This document shows positions 46,702-60,555 of a stretch of DNA of 64,000 nucleotides, one piece after another; the first letter of the stretch is position 1; each line of letters begins with the position of its first letter. Both the position numbers and the translations under genes were made by a program. The notes below the pieces were generated by a model. It was not told the DNA's origin. It worked only from the letters and a program-made list of their open reading frames with translations, and searched no databases. This stretch comes from Eledone cirrhosa (taxonomy: Eukaryota). The stretch is taken from NCBI GenBank assembly GCA_964016885.1, contig OZ024746.1, positions 65,658,001 through 65,722,000 on the forward strand. Reading direction: 5' to 3'.

Positions 46702-47105
46702 ATATAATATTAAATAAATGGAAAACTATATTTATAAAACCATATTTATTTCATTATATATATTTCGGGGATATCATATTAACAATATGCTATGCCTTCA
46801 TCAGACAAAATACAATATAAACAGTTTTATAGATAAATATATTCGACATACCGTAATAAACATCAACGGTATGTCGAATATATTTATCTATAAAACTGTT
46901 TATATTGTATTTTGTCTGATGAAGGCATAGCATATTGTTAATATGATATCCCCGAAATATATATAATGAAATAAATATGGTTTTATAAATATAGTTTTCC
47001 ATTTATTTAATATTATAAATATACTCCAAGTATTTGTCGAGTGCTTTTATATCAGTTATAAATATTTACTAGTTGTAACCCAACAATTTTAAATATAACT
47101 TTACA
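46702..47105 (+). mobile_element. PLE pLTR family A: ~152-bp essentially perfect hairpin with 11-nt loop, plus tail; HHR at 46911-46970
   Basis: Arms ~46702-46854 and ~46866-47017; TTTGT CTGATGA..GAAA TATATA TA ATGAA. Confidence 0.85.
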
Positions 47106-47113
47106 TGTATATG

Positions 47114-47144
<31 letters not shown>

Positions 47145-47197
47145 GTATGTATATATATATATGTATATATATATATATGTATATATATATATGTATG

Positions 47198-47229
<32 letters not shown>

Positions 47230-47253
47230 TGTATGTATATATATTTATATATG

Positions 47254-47308
<55 letters not shown>

Positions 47309-47309
47309 G

Positions 47310-47340
<31 letters not shown>

Positions 47341-47490
47341 GTATGTATATATATATATATGTATATATATTTATGTATGTATATATATATATATGTGTAT
47401 ATATATTTATATATGTATATAATATATGTATATATATATATATATATGTGTATATATATGTATGTATATATATATATGTATATATATATA

Positions 47491-47529
<39 letters not shown>

Positions 47530-47548
47530 ATATATAAATATATGTATG

Positions 47549-47579
<31 letters not shown>

Positions 47580-47592
47580 GTATATATATATG

Positions 47593-47625
<33 letters not shown>

Positions 47626-47634
47626 GTATGTATA

Positions 47635-47687
<53 letters not shown>

Positions 47688-48608
47688 TATATATATATAT
47701 AGTACTTTTTTTCTCTTCAATATTTGTTTCTTTGAATTTTGTAAATTGATGTAAAATAAACATTTGCTCATTCCAAGAGTATTGGGCTGCGTATGAACTT
47801 TTCAGCCGGTCCCCGCAGGTCCGTGTGTATATATATTTTGTGTTTAATCTATAGAGACGTGGGGTGGTGTATTTCTAATGTATGGGGTTTAGTAGTGTAT
47901 ATAATTTATGTAGCTTATTTTTATTCACATAATATATTTTGTCTCTGTACTTTATATAGACCGCGAACAATTAATGTTTCGTCTACTTATCACATTTCAT
48001 ACAAATTGTTGATTTATACTCAAGCCTCAACATTTCATTTTATCCCATCATTTCTTTATACCTTTTTCCTTTTCATTCTAACCCGTAACTCCTGATAGAC
48101 TCTTAGGTTTGCGGCATTGACGTACTGTGTTTCTTGACATTTTTATGTCTGCCGGAGTCCAACATTCCTGGTCTGATTACAACAAAATTCCTCCAGAGAT
48201 ATGGAATGCTGGCATCAGCTTGAAAGATTCAACTTCTACTCTCTCGCGCACTGTTTTAAATCATTTCGTCGATGTGAAAACTGTTGCCCAATTATTCTAA
48301 CATAAAGTTTTAAGACCACGCATAATTTGGTGTACGTGTCAAACCGCTACTACGAAAATCGAGCTAACATCACTTAACACCGCTACGACAGAGCTATCTC
48401 ATCTCAACTGGTTCTGCTCTCCTCAACATTCTATTGACACTAATGTTGCATGAACAGATACCCTTAAACATACTAGATACATGCAGTACAGCCGAGTCTG
48501 TTTCAGCCACACACAACTCTATTGGGTTGTGTGCCAAAAAATGAGTTCCCTATGTTTGGAAATGACCGGTGTTCTGTTATTAATTCTGGCAATATTATTA
48601 CAATATAA

Positions 48609-48830
48609 GGGCGGTGGATTGGCAGTATGGGTAGTAGGTCGGACGCCATGCTTTGCAGCATAGAGTTACGGTCCTTTATGATCTGAGTTAAAATCCCGCT
48701 GAGGTTAACTTTTTCCTTTCATCATTACGGCGTCCATAAAATAAAGTACCAGTCACGCACAGGGGCCGATCTTATCGACTTTCCCCTCCCCCCAAAATTG
48801 CTGGCCTTGTGCCTATATAAGAAACCATTA
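48609..48830 (+). mobile_element. tRNA-derived SINE inserted into a family C pLTR end (48568-48865)
   Basis: A-box TGGCAGTATGG, B-box GAGTTAAAATCC; ATTATTACAA on both sides; flanks match 57490-57550. Confidence 0.75.
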
Positions 48831-49489
48831 TTACAACAATATGACCCTCCCCAAGTATAACAATATATATATATATATATATATAAATATGGATGTATGT
48901 CTGCATCTTTGCGTTAGAACAGCAACTTACAAACTGAATGTGAAACTATCTGTTGAAACAGCAAGAGCTCATCCATCGAGCCCCGGCGTTTTATAATATA
49001 GCTATATTCTACTATCCCAGAGACTCTGATGAAGTAATACTGAATTATACAATTGAAAGTTGCATTATTACAAAGGGAATTAATTTCCGAAAAACCATTT
49101 CTTATTACAAAGTAACTTTGAAGAAAATGAAAAGTGAATTTAGTTTTGTGTCCCCAGATTTTATCTTCATAACTTGCTTTTCTAGAAGTCGTTAAAATAT
49201 TTTCAATTTTGTTTAGTTTTCATTTGAATTTAGACTGAAATTATTGGCTTTGGCGGAACTCAGTACATTTTGAGAGGAACTCAGTACATTTCTATAATTG
49301 TCCATCGAAGTTCCAATTACTTATCTCTATATACAGAATATTTTACGGAAGTATCAAAATAAGAAGTCTCCGGCTTGATCCTCAAGAGTGACCAGCTGAG
49401 CTCATGGATATTAAGCAACTATCTTACTCAAGGTCTGATACTAAGACTCCTACCGGTTCATGTTGCTAGTAACATATTTCCAGCGATTC

Positions 49490-50155
49490 TTCTTTGAGAC
49501 ATTCTATTCACATGTTCGTATTATAGGAGCTGTGATCTCTGAATTAGGTGAAGTAGTTACTTGACCTAACGCACCTCTCTGATTTCCGAGCTACACATTC
49601 TATCGAGTAACGTTACTCCAAGGACCCTTCGGAGGAACCCAATTTTAGCCGCTTGTATTCGCGATCGTATATTCCGGTTATTGTACATGATTCATGACCA
49701 TAGGTAAAGGTTTGTACGAATATCGAATTGAACATAGTAAGTCTGGGTTTCACACATACCTCACGTCTTCTGAAGATTGAATGATGAGGCTGATGTATTA
49801 CACTTGCTCGTAATTCAGCCTTCTGCTTTCTACCACTCGTGGACACGATCATGAAGTACCTGAACACTTCCACCTGCTTCAATCGAACTCCGCTCCCATA
49901 CAGAGAGCAGGATACCCTGTGGCGACGAGTGTCTTAATCTTATCAGCACTGATATCTATTCCAGCCCAGCAGTACTCGATATCAAAAGTGTGTATTGCCT
50001 GTCAGTGATCACAGGGCAAGTAGAAATTGTCCATCGATGTCATACTCCAACATACATGTCCAATGCTATATTATGCCTTTTCGAAGTCCACGAAGCATGA
50101 ATACACATCGTGGTGATACTTCTAATATTTCTCAAAGACCTGCCGCAGTGTGAAT
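49490..50155 (-). mobile_element. Degenerate RTE-clade LINE RT fragment
   Basis: CFVDFEKAY, KQVEVFRY, FNSIFVQTFTYGHES. Confidence 0.7.
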
Positions 50156-51336
50156 ATGTACATATGTATAAACATATATAGTAAACATTTATTTGATAAT
50201 TTTGACTTGCTTAATATATAAGAACCTCCTTTAACAGATGCTCCCCCTTTACCTAAATGTTTCAGCAAACAAGAGCATGATAATCTATTGGGACATAGTG
50301 TAGGAAATAATTGTTCAAATACGACAAATCACCCCAAGGGTTTTCCTGATGATATAATCAAATGTCCAATTCTAACGTTATCCCATTTGAACAACATTAT
50401 GTCATTCAATTTCTGATATCATTCATTCTGCATAATCATTGTGTACGTCAGGGTTTTATTTTGTTCCTTTTTTATTCTTTAGAAAACATTTAAAACTTAG
50501 TAATATGATTTAGCCATGGGGATTTCGTAATATGTTTTACCAGATTAGGATATACAATTCGTAGGAAATACTCAATTATTCCATCATTTATAATATTACA
50601 TTATATGATTAAATGCAAATTCCAGAATGCTTTGTTTTATTTTCTAAAGTAGATGTTTTAAATAACGAATTATTTTATATATTCTTATTTTCTAACCGTA
50701 TTAGTTATTTGCATCTATGTTGAATTATTGTATAACATACCTTCTATTAACATCTCACCTGCAAAGCCATTAATCAAATGGGTTGTGCAACTATGATGAC
50801 GTTGCCATTATATTAAGGAATCAAGAGAATATATTAAATTTTCCTATCTGCAAGACTGAAGTATGAATGGAAATGTCGATTTGAGTTATACACGCTAACT
50901 GTGCTTCAGTACACAGATATGCACTTTCACCCAACTTGTCATCCAATCTGAATGTTTGTGTAGAGAGTACTATAATTAGACATATTTATAAAATATGACA
51001 TTTATCCTGGGCAAATAATCGCACCACACACATAGTATTCCTCTCGTGATTTAACAGGAAATTATGAAGTTGGTTAAGGTTATCATCAAAATCTTCTGAT
51101 AGGTATTTTAACATAAAAAATGGATTTTATCCTCAAATATAAGGATCTGTAAAGCACAAAATTAACACCCTATCATCATTGTTAACATATATTAAACATT
51201 TACCGTTTAATTCCCTTTGTAATATTTCTCAAGCAAAACACGATTTAATATGATAAATGTTTGTGAACAGGAGTTAGGGGGAATACAATACTGGATTTTC
51301 TGAATGGTAATTATTAGCTTAAATATGCTCGTATTG

Positions 51337-51503
51337 GGATTGGCAGTATCGGACACCATGCTTTGACGCATAGAGTTACGGCCCTTGCCATTCTGAGTTC
51401 AAATCCCGCCGAGGTTAACTTTGCCTTTCATCCTTACGTGGTCGATAAATAAAGTACCAGTAATGCACTGGATAATTGCTGTGCCAGAACTAGAATCAAT
51501 TAT
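51337..51503 (+). mobile_element. tRNA-derived SINE
   Basis: GAGTTCAAATCCCGCCGAGGTTAACTTTGCCTTTCATCC. Confidence 0.8.
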
Positions 51504-52782
51504 TCAATTAAATTATTTCAGAGTGTCAGACAAATGTGCCTTGCAGCCTTTGCAAGTTCAAAACCTGATGGCGTTGACTTTCCTTTCATCCTTATGATCG
51601 GCTGTATTATACGATCCTCTCAAACTATTTAAAGCGTTGTACCTATGTTAGATATCAATATACTGTTGGAACCAACCATTAAAGTACTGCAAAAAAAGAT
51701 TGTTGATATTAAGTTGTAGCCCTTTTGTGTTCTGAATGTAAATCCAAGTGGTATCAACATTTTCTTTTGTAACCTTCTATAAACATACCCATCAATTAGT
51801 TGGCAATAATCGATCGAATATATTCTGACCCAACAGTTATGTCATCAAGATTATGAGGCAGACTTTAAAGCATACGTTGTTTTTCAATGATGCATCAATA
51901 AATTTATAGGCAAACTAAACCAACTGATAATTGGTATGACAACTGTATGATGATGGATTTTAGCAGAGTTTCACAGTTATCCACATCCAACGATAACTTA
52001 TTAGTGGAAAGTTTGCATTGAAATGTATATTCTGTGGCTACATTTTAAATTAGATTATTTAAGCAATAGCGAATTTATACTGAGACAATTTTGTAAGCTG
52101 GAGAGTTTATTAAGTGGTATATGAAATGACAATCTTCTATTAAACCTCTGTTATAGCCTTCATCTTTTCCCATGTGACACATATATAACATCATTCAAAG
52201 AGATTAAAGTAATAATTTTAATCCCTATTGTAACCGATGATAATTGTGTTGAGAATGTAATTTTCTACTCTGCACAACACACACAATAGATACAACTGGA
52301 ATTATGTTGCTAAGAGTAATCATAATCTAAAGGCAATGAAGTAGAACAATGATGGTTGTGAAGCCATCAGTATCACATATGACAGAAGTTATAAGTGCGT
52401 GATAGAGAATTGACTTACACCGAAATTTAGTGGTTTCAGTTGTTCCTCTTAACTGCAAGAAGATACAAATACAGTCTATCCTGCTAAGTAATATATATTA
52501 GCGAAGATTAAAGATCATTAAAATCATAAATTTCATACTGCATCAACAAGCGTATCGAGACCTAATAGTTAGAAACTCAATATAAAGTACATTTAGCGTC
52601 TAACCCCCAAGAATAATATGGACTGCGAATCTTGGTCTACAACCTACAAAAGTTCTACAAATATTTTGCTATTTTAATTCATAAAAATGTTTATCCAAGG
52701 TGGCTACACTGATCTAGCCAGAGTAAACATGACATCCAAATTAAAGGAATGTTTTAATTTTTAAGATAACTAACAAAAGATA

Positions 52783-53310
52783 GTGGATTGGCTGGATTAT
52801 TTGATCGTTCAACCAAATGATTTGCTGCATTTCGTTCCAATCCAACCGCAGTCAACATTACCTTCCGTTCTTCATGTAAATTCAATTACTACGGTCGGAA
52901 AAATCAGTTCCCACCCTCCAATAAGTTGCTGGCTTGGAACCTACAGTAGACACATTATTAAGCCAGCAATTATGCTAGTGCATTACTGGTGTGTTAATTT
53001 ATCGACCCCACAAGGATGAAGGGCAAAGTTAACCTAGGCGGGATTTGAACTCACCCTTTACGCTCTGAGTTCAAATCCTGCGTAGGTTAAATTTGCCCCT
53101 CATCCTTACGGGGTCGATAAAATAAAGTACCAGTAATGCACTGGGATAATTGATGGCCTTGCGCCAAAATAAGAAAAAATTATTAGGTGCTGAGTTCAAA
53201 TCCCACCCAGGTTAACTTTGCCTTTCATCCTTAGGGGTCGATAAAATAATGCACCTGTAATGCACTGGGATAATTACTGGCTTTGTACGAAAACAAGAAA
53301 TAATTATTAA
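52783..53310. mobile_element. Cluster of SINE fragments (diverged +, -, +, +)
   Basis: Minus copy ~52960-53054 abuts plus copies ~53055-53185 and ~53190-53310. Confidence 0.7.
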
Positions 53311-53825
53311 TGGCTCTCTGTTGTACTTTCTCTATCGAAAGATGATACAAGTATACTTTTAATCAAAGTCGGATAATATACAGATTGTAATATGTTATTT
53401 GTAGTAACATTTTAACTACTAAAATGTCAGTATTTCATCATAAACGTTATTCTAATGCATACCACCATCACAAGTAAAATATAGGAAATATATACATCAT
53501 TGCCTTCAACTAATTTCAAACTTTGATAAATATATTACTTGCGTAACTATTTCGTTTTATCCATAGATCAATATTTGCGTATAGATTCTAGGAGAATACA
53601 TGACATTGTATTGAGTAATGAGGTGGAGAAAATTCACTAGGGAGACGTTATAAATCTTTAATACCAGATTACGAAGAAAATACTTTTCGAGGCAGCTATC
53701 TTTACAATTGTTATTAGTCTACGTTAATATATTAAAGTGGAATTGTTTATCCGCTAAGAGTTCAATAAAGGAAACAACGTAGTGATTTCCGACATCTGCT
53801 GGACGGTACGTTTCATTCAAATTAT

Positions 53826-53874
<49 letters not shown>

Positions 53875-53885
53875 GTTTGTGTGTG

Positions 53886-53930
<45 letters not shown>

Positions 53931-55098
53931 TTGTGATTGTGTGTGTATATATACATATATATATATATACACATAAAATCACAAGAACAGACACACGCAG
54001 ACACACACACAAACACACACACAGACACACACACATATACACAAACACACACATATATATCGCCTCACCCGGATGGCAGGAACAGGCGAGAGTAAAACAC
54101 ATACACACACACACACACACACACAAGAAGATTCCGTTAAGGGTGAAAGCAGCGATTCTTTGCTTAAATTTAATCTGTTATTTTAATAAATATATATACA
54201 TTCATATATATATATTCATATATATATATATATATATACATTCATATATATATATATACATTCATATATATATATATATATATATACATTCATATATACA
54301 TATATATATAATATATATATAAATAACGATTATTATCGTCTGTGATACAGAAACCTTTGTTAATGGAGTAGCTATATTTTTTGTTTTTCACTTTCTAATT
54401 AAATATATATACACACATGTATTTCCACATTGTACTATGTTCATTGCTTTATTTCTGTTGACTTTTTACACACAAACATACTCGCACACAAACACACGAA
54501 TCATAGACGGTGGTGATCCTGGTCGGAACTAGCGTTCCCAGTAAACCTTTTCAGTTTTTTTATGGGTTGTAAAATAAAATCTCTAAATAGTTACAAGCAC
54601 CGCTTGATCAGGATTGAACCCAATGCCAGGATCTCTGCCGACTCTAGATCCTACCGTTAGGCCACAGAGATAACTACGAAAATCTTATGAAAATTCATAC
54701 TTATACTTTCAAAATTTTCACTACAAAGTGTTATGGTTTCGTTCATGTCTTTCTTAATATTAATACTCCTACTTCCATAAACTACATCCTCGTTTTGTTT
54801 CACAACTTTCTAGACTATATTTTAACCTGTAATCCATGTTTCATTCCTGTTCCATCTTATAGTTCCCCCTCCAATATCACTAATTGATTTGACAGATGTC
54901 ATTAACCCATTGATATTTATTTATTCTTTTTTAAAATGTATTCTTTCTCTTAGATTTCAGGTATTTTTTGAAAGCAAAGCATTGGTCCCTAAAATACTAC
55001 AGTGGGGTCTGCAATGCTATTGTGTCACTTACAATGCTACCATGGGCCCTCTGGTGCCCACTTGCCATCGGGCAACCTAGCAAGCTGGCCAATATATA

Positions 55099-56013
55099 CA
55101 GGGTGTTTCAAAAAATTTGATATCATTTCGCAATCTAATAACTTTGCCAGTTCCCGGTCAAATGACTTCACATTTTAACAGCATGTGTAGCAACAGGTCA
55201 GAATTTCATGTTTAATGTTTGATACGTTTATATTTTCAGGTATAGAAATGGCATTCACTCGAAGTGGTGAGGCCACATTTCATACGAATGACAAAGTCAA
55301 TAAGCATAATGTTCTCATTTAGGGCTAAGAAAATGCCCTTGTCACAGTTGAGCATGAGAAGGACTCACTGAAACTGAATGTGTTCTGCGCCATCTCCAAG
55401 AAGCATCTTCATGGCCCGTTTTTCTTTGAGGGAAATGTGACCGGCGATGTTTGTCGGCAAATGCTTCAGACCTGGCTAATGGATGAGCTCATTGCAAATG
55501 AACATGAAGATTTCATTTTTCAACAGGACGGGGCTCCACCTCACTGGAAGCTCACTGTGCGCGCTTATCTCAATGACAATCTGCGAGGGAGATGGATCGG
55601 CATGCTGGTGATGAAGAAAATGTGCTGTTGAAATGGCCGCCACGTTCACCTGACCAGATACCTTGCGATTTTTTCTCTGGGGCTATGTGAAGGGCCTGGT
55701 CTATGTTCCCCCTCTTCCTGCAAACATAGAGGAACTCAAACAGAATCACTACCACACTGGAGACTGTTACCCAAGACATGCTGCAGCGTGTTTGGGAAGT
55801 GTTGGACTACCGACTTGACGTGTGCCGTGTCTCGGGCGGTGCGCATATTGAACATTTGTGAAATCGTTCATGGAATCCACATACCTTTGAATTCCTCATT
55901 AAAATTTGGAGGAATAAATCTTATGTTGCTCAACATTAAACCTTTCATTTGCTTTGACTCTGTCGTTTTTGTGATATTTACATCTCAAATGATATCAAAT
56001 ATTTTTAAACACC

Positions 56014-56016
<3 letters not shown>
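55099..56016 (+). mobile_element. Internally deleted Tc1/mariner-superfamily DNA transposon (maT/DD37D-like)
   Basis: TIRs CAGGGTGTTT..AAAAA.TTTGATATCATTT; TA target duplications; transposase remnants SGEATFH, FQQDGAPPHW, WPPRSPD..PCDFF.WGYVK. Confidence 0.9.
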
Positions 56017-56073
<57 letters not shown>

Positions 56074-56081
<8 letters not shown>

Positions 56082-56356
56082 TGTATAGAAGGAGCTTCTA
56101 CAGGACTAGTACTGATTCATTCAGATGAAATCTTCAGGAAGCTCAGTAAGTAAGGTACTCAATACATGGCAGAGTTAAATATATTTATTTTATAGAAGGA
56201 GCTTCTACAGGACTAGTACTGTTTCATGAAGATTTCATCTGAATGAAACAGTACTAGTCCTGTAGAAGATCCTTCTATACAATAAATATATTTTACTCTG
56301 CCATGTATTGAGTACCTTACTTACTGTGGTTATCCCCGACTCAACCCGGGACCCAC

Positions 56357-56358
<2 letters not shown>
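56074..56358. mobile_element. pLTR family D: two tandem minus fragments and an inverted copy; HHR at 56092-56144 (-)
   Basis: GAGCTTC CTGAAGA tTTCA-TC-TGAAt GAA(A/T) CAGtactagtcCTG TA GAAGCTC; (TA)n flanks. Confidence 0.7.
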
Positions 56359-56409
<51 letters not shown>

Positions 56410-56414
<5 letters not shown>

Positions 56415-57592
56415 ATACTTGGGGAGGGTCATATTTGCGTAATATTGCCAGAATTAATAAGAGAACAGACTCACTGTTTGGTTGGTTTTCGCTTCTCGCT
56501 GTCTTTTATATCTGCGATCTAACTTACTCGGTCCTCAATGTTGCCATTGACTGACCGGCGGTCAAAAATAATACAGATACAATATAGACACAAACACATA
56601 TATATAGTTTACATAATTTTCATAAATCTTTCGTTGCACATCTGCAACATCGTCAGTGGTGTTATATTCATTGTTCCTCCTGTTGTGTTGTATGTCTACG
56701 CCATTTTTTATTCAGTCTGTCTATATATTTATTTATTTATTTGCTTGGTTGTTTATCTTATTTTATTTTGTCTTCTTTGCGCATGCATTTGTGTGTGTGT
56801 ATAGTGTTATGTGTGATGTGTGATTAGTGTGTATAGTGTTGTGTCTGCTGGGTGACTAGTGTGTGTTTATGTGCTTGTTGTTATTGTGCTTGTGTATGTA
56901 TTTATTTATCTTATTTTATTTTATTTTATTTACTTATTTATACTTCTCTTAGGTCAGTGTTGTTTGTTTGGGTGTTGTTGTTGTTCCACTCATTCTTTCT
57001 GTTTAGCTTTGGTTTTCTAATTTCTATTTCACTGGCCTCTCTGATTTGCCTATCTGCTTGGTCATTCCTATGTTTAGATATTATTCTAATTTCTATGTTG
57101 TCTATGTTACCGTCATGTTGTTGTCTAGCATGTTCGTATAGTACTGACCCGTTTTTTCGTCCTTTTAGTTCCCCCCAGTTTGGTCTATCCTTTCACCTAT
57201 GTTACGAGCTGTCTCACCTATGTATGTTGTTGTCATGTTTCTGCAAGTACCCTCTGTACATCTTATGCTATAGACTACGTTTCTAGTTTTACAGTTTATC
57301 CGGGGGTTCACCTTACATATGATACATTTCCTATTGGTACAGTGGGTTTTCTTAAAAGGGTAGGTTGTGTCTATATTGTATCTGTATTATTTTTGACCGC
57401 CGGTCAGTCAATGGCAACATTGAGGACCGAGTAAGTTAGATCGCAGATATAAAAGACAGCGAGAAGCGAAAACCAACCAAACAGTGAGTGTGTTCTGTTA
57501 TTAATTCTGGCAATATTACGCAAATATGACCCTCCCCAAGTATAACAATATCTGTTTCGACACACGATTTCATATAAAAAACCTCGCTAAAC
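56410..57592 (-). mobile_element. Family C relative: 3' EN fragment + pLTR with inverted 5' arm (~57367-57592); HHR at 56621-56659
   Basis: Minus strand CTNRKCIICKVNPRINCKTRNVVYSIRCTEGTC..YIGETARNIGERI; CTGACGA tGTTGCA-GATG-TGCAAC GAAA GATT TA. Confidence 0.85.
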
Positions 57593-57956
57593 TATATATA
57601 TATATATATAATTATAAAGTGAACACAAAATATAACTACTCCCTTACCAGAAGTATCTAGAACACAGACGATGATAATATAACATCCGTCTAGATTGGCC
57701 GTCAGACAGAGATGTTATATGTATGTAACTGGCGAGAAAATATAATTATTGAGGGGCGGGGGTTGTCATGGTTTCCCTGGACTTTCTGGCGCCCCCCAAG
57801 TCCACAGCTCCTCATATATATATATATATATATATATGCGTGTGTGTGTGTAGGCACGCGTGTCTGTATGTGTGTGTGTAAAAAGTAAACAGAAATAAAG
57901 CAATAGACATAGTACAATGTGGAAATACATGTGTGTGGTGTGTGCACATATACAGG

Positions 57957-57989
<33 letters not shown>

Positions 57990-60512
57990 TTCTACATTGT
58001 ACTATGTCTATGGTTTGTAATTTCTGTTTACTTTTTAAACACACACACACACATATATATGTATATACTTTTTATTATGGCTAAATGGTTAGTCTTGCTA
58101 CACTTGATTTCACCTGCTTCTCACATGTTCAACAGATGAACCTGTGAGAAGCAGATGCAACCCACTTCGGTATTGTATATTCGTTACCTCTGGGCCCTCA
58201 GCTACATACGGATATATATATATATATATATGCTTGTTTGAGTGTGTGTGCGTGTTTGTGTTTATGTATGAACATATGTGTGTGTTTGTGTGTGTGTGTG
58301 CGTGTGTGTAAGCATATTCATATATGTGTGTGGAAGTGTCAGTGCTTACTTTATGTCTCTGTTTGTGTTTATATCTCGTAACTCAGTGGCACGAATAAAA
58401 CAAATATCTATATGACATATTATTTTCCTGAATTTCTTGCCTCAATATAAACACACAATACATCACAGATTATCGTGTTTCTATTACATTATTTCGACCG
58501 AATAAAAACAAACAAAACTGTATTTAATGAATTATTTTCTCGAATGAATAATGTAATGCATAAATATAACTGTTTTCTTTTTTTTTGTTTTCTGTTTTCA
58601 GCAATAGAGTAATATATTGTCTTCAAATTCATGTACGTTGTATAGATTAAAGATATCATCTTCAATAAACTTGCTTAGTATTCCAATATCAAATGCCCCG
58701 GTACAAAAAAATTTTATGGAATTAATTTGACTGGACGCCTATATTTCCAGAATTCAAAAGAAGGTTTGCATAATGAGGATATCTTTCATTTTATGGATAC
58801 TATCATCTGCTTGGTAAATAAGATTTCAGTCTCATTAGTTGGTAGCTTATGGCCATAAATTCACGTTGAGCTTATATTTACATGATCATTATATGAGACA
58901 GTCTGTCTCTATAAATTGTACATATTTTTACCTAGAGGAATTAAGGAATATTTATAAGCATTCACTAAAAGCTGCTTGTCTTAGTTTGTCAATTTCTCTC
59001 TTAAGCAGAATATACGTACTTTACATACTTCATACGCAAGAAAGTTGAAGAGTATGTATTTTATATTAGTTAAATGGAATTTCCTTTATAAACCTAAAGA
59101 TTACCAACGCCCTTAAAAGCTGTATCTCTTAAGTCTAATAAATTTGTGTATAAACGAATTATTTGTCTATGTTATTACATGTATGCTCTTGACCCCACCC
59201 CTCCTTGTTCATAAAAACAAAATATTTCTCTATGATGGAATTTGACATACATACATAAACACATGGACAATATAAACACGTTGTAGTGATGTGAAGTGCA
59301 TACACATATATAATATGAAAAAGTACTGGTGGAATGCTCCAGTCAAAACACCAATAAAATACAAAGATAATAGAGCAGAGATAGAGATATAAAACATAGA
59401 AAAGAAAGCAAGTACAACAGTGGAAATCTGCTGTCTAGCAGATGATAATATATTGTTGAGTATTAGTGAAAAGGAGGACATTTCGGCTGAGCTCAAAAGG
59501 AGTCTGCTGATACTCTGCTGATACTCTGCTGATTTATACCTAAAGATTTTATTCGTGATCATTGGGGCACTTGATGGGTTACTAATTGCTTCAGTACAAA
59601 TCTTGAGTATCTGGGCGTCACAGAACAAGAAAGAGCACGACTAATTAGGGAAGACACAGTCCTTTAATGGCACTCTATAATTATGAAAAACATTTCAGAT
59701 ACTTAGTATGTAATATCTGCATATACACAGAAACGTAGGCACATGTATGTATATAACTCATAACATACAGATACACACATGCAATAACATCCATATCTGT
59801 ACATACACAAACATATACATACATTTGCATATATTTACCTACTTAACATTTGTCTAAATTCCAATTAAAGACACTTGTTACTATATTTTTAACGGGCATT
59901 CTTTCTATTCTAAAAAAATATTAATAAAGAATAAAATCAGATGAAAATACACCTACACAAACATACATATCTTTGGTAGGTTCATGGTGCCAATAAAAAT
60001 GAATGCATCTGTCGAATATTCATTTTGGTCTTTTATTATTAACAAGGTGACAGGAGCGGTGGTGTAAAAGTATTGATAAAGCATCGGATAATATGATTTG
60101 CTGCATATAGCTATGGCAAATTATGTTCTGAGTTCAAATCACACCAGAGTTAGCTTGGCATTTCAAATTTAAGTGATCGATAAAATAAAGTAACAGTAAT
60201 ACTGGGGTAAATTTTATTGACTTTCCCTTCCCACAAAAATATTTGATCTTGTGCCTCAATCAGGTAAGCAATCCATTTCGCAGTTTCGTTCAGAAGCAGA
60301 TCATTACATAATTGTCTGTTATTTTGAAAATTACTATTTCATCTCTGCAATTTCTCTTTATTTTGACTCATGCCAGTCAATCCATGTTGTTTTTCTTTAT
60401 GTGTATCCATTTATTAGTGCGTGTGAAGTTATTGGCAGTATGACGCACCCAACATATATAAATATATATTTGAATACATGATTTCGCATCAAGAATCTCC
60501 AAAACAAATATT

Positions 60513-60550
<38 letters not shown>

Positions 60551-60555
<5 letters not shown>

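Noticed and set aside
50220-50850. Exon-like segments with AG/GT boundaries on the minus strand
   Set aside because: Stop codons in the frames checked; cannot be supported as a gene.
59230-59628. 132-aa hydrophobic ORF
   Set aside because: No ATG start and no recognisable motif; hydrophobicity follows from a T-rich strand.
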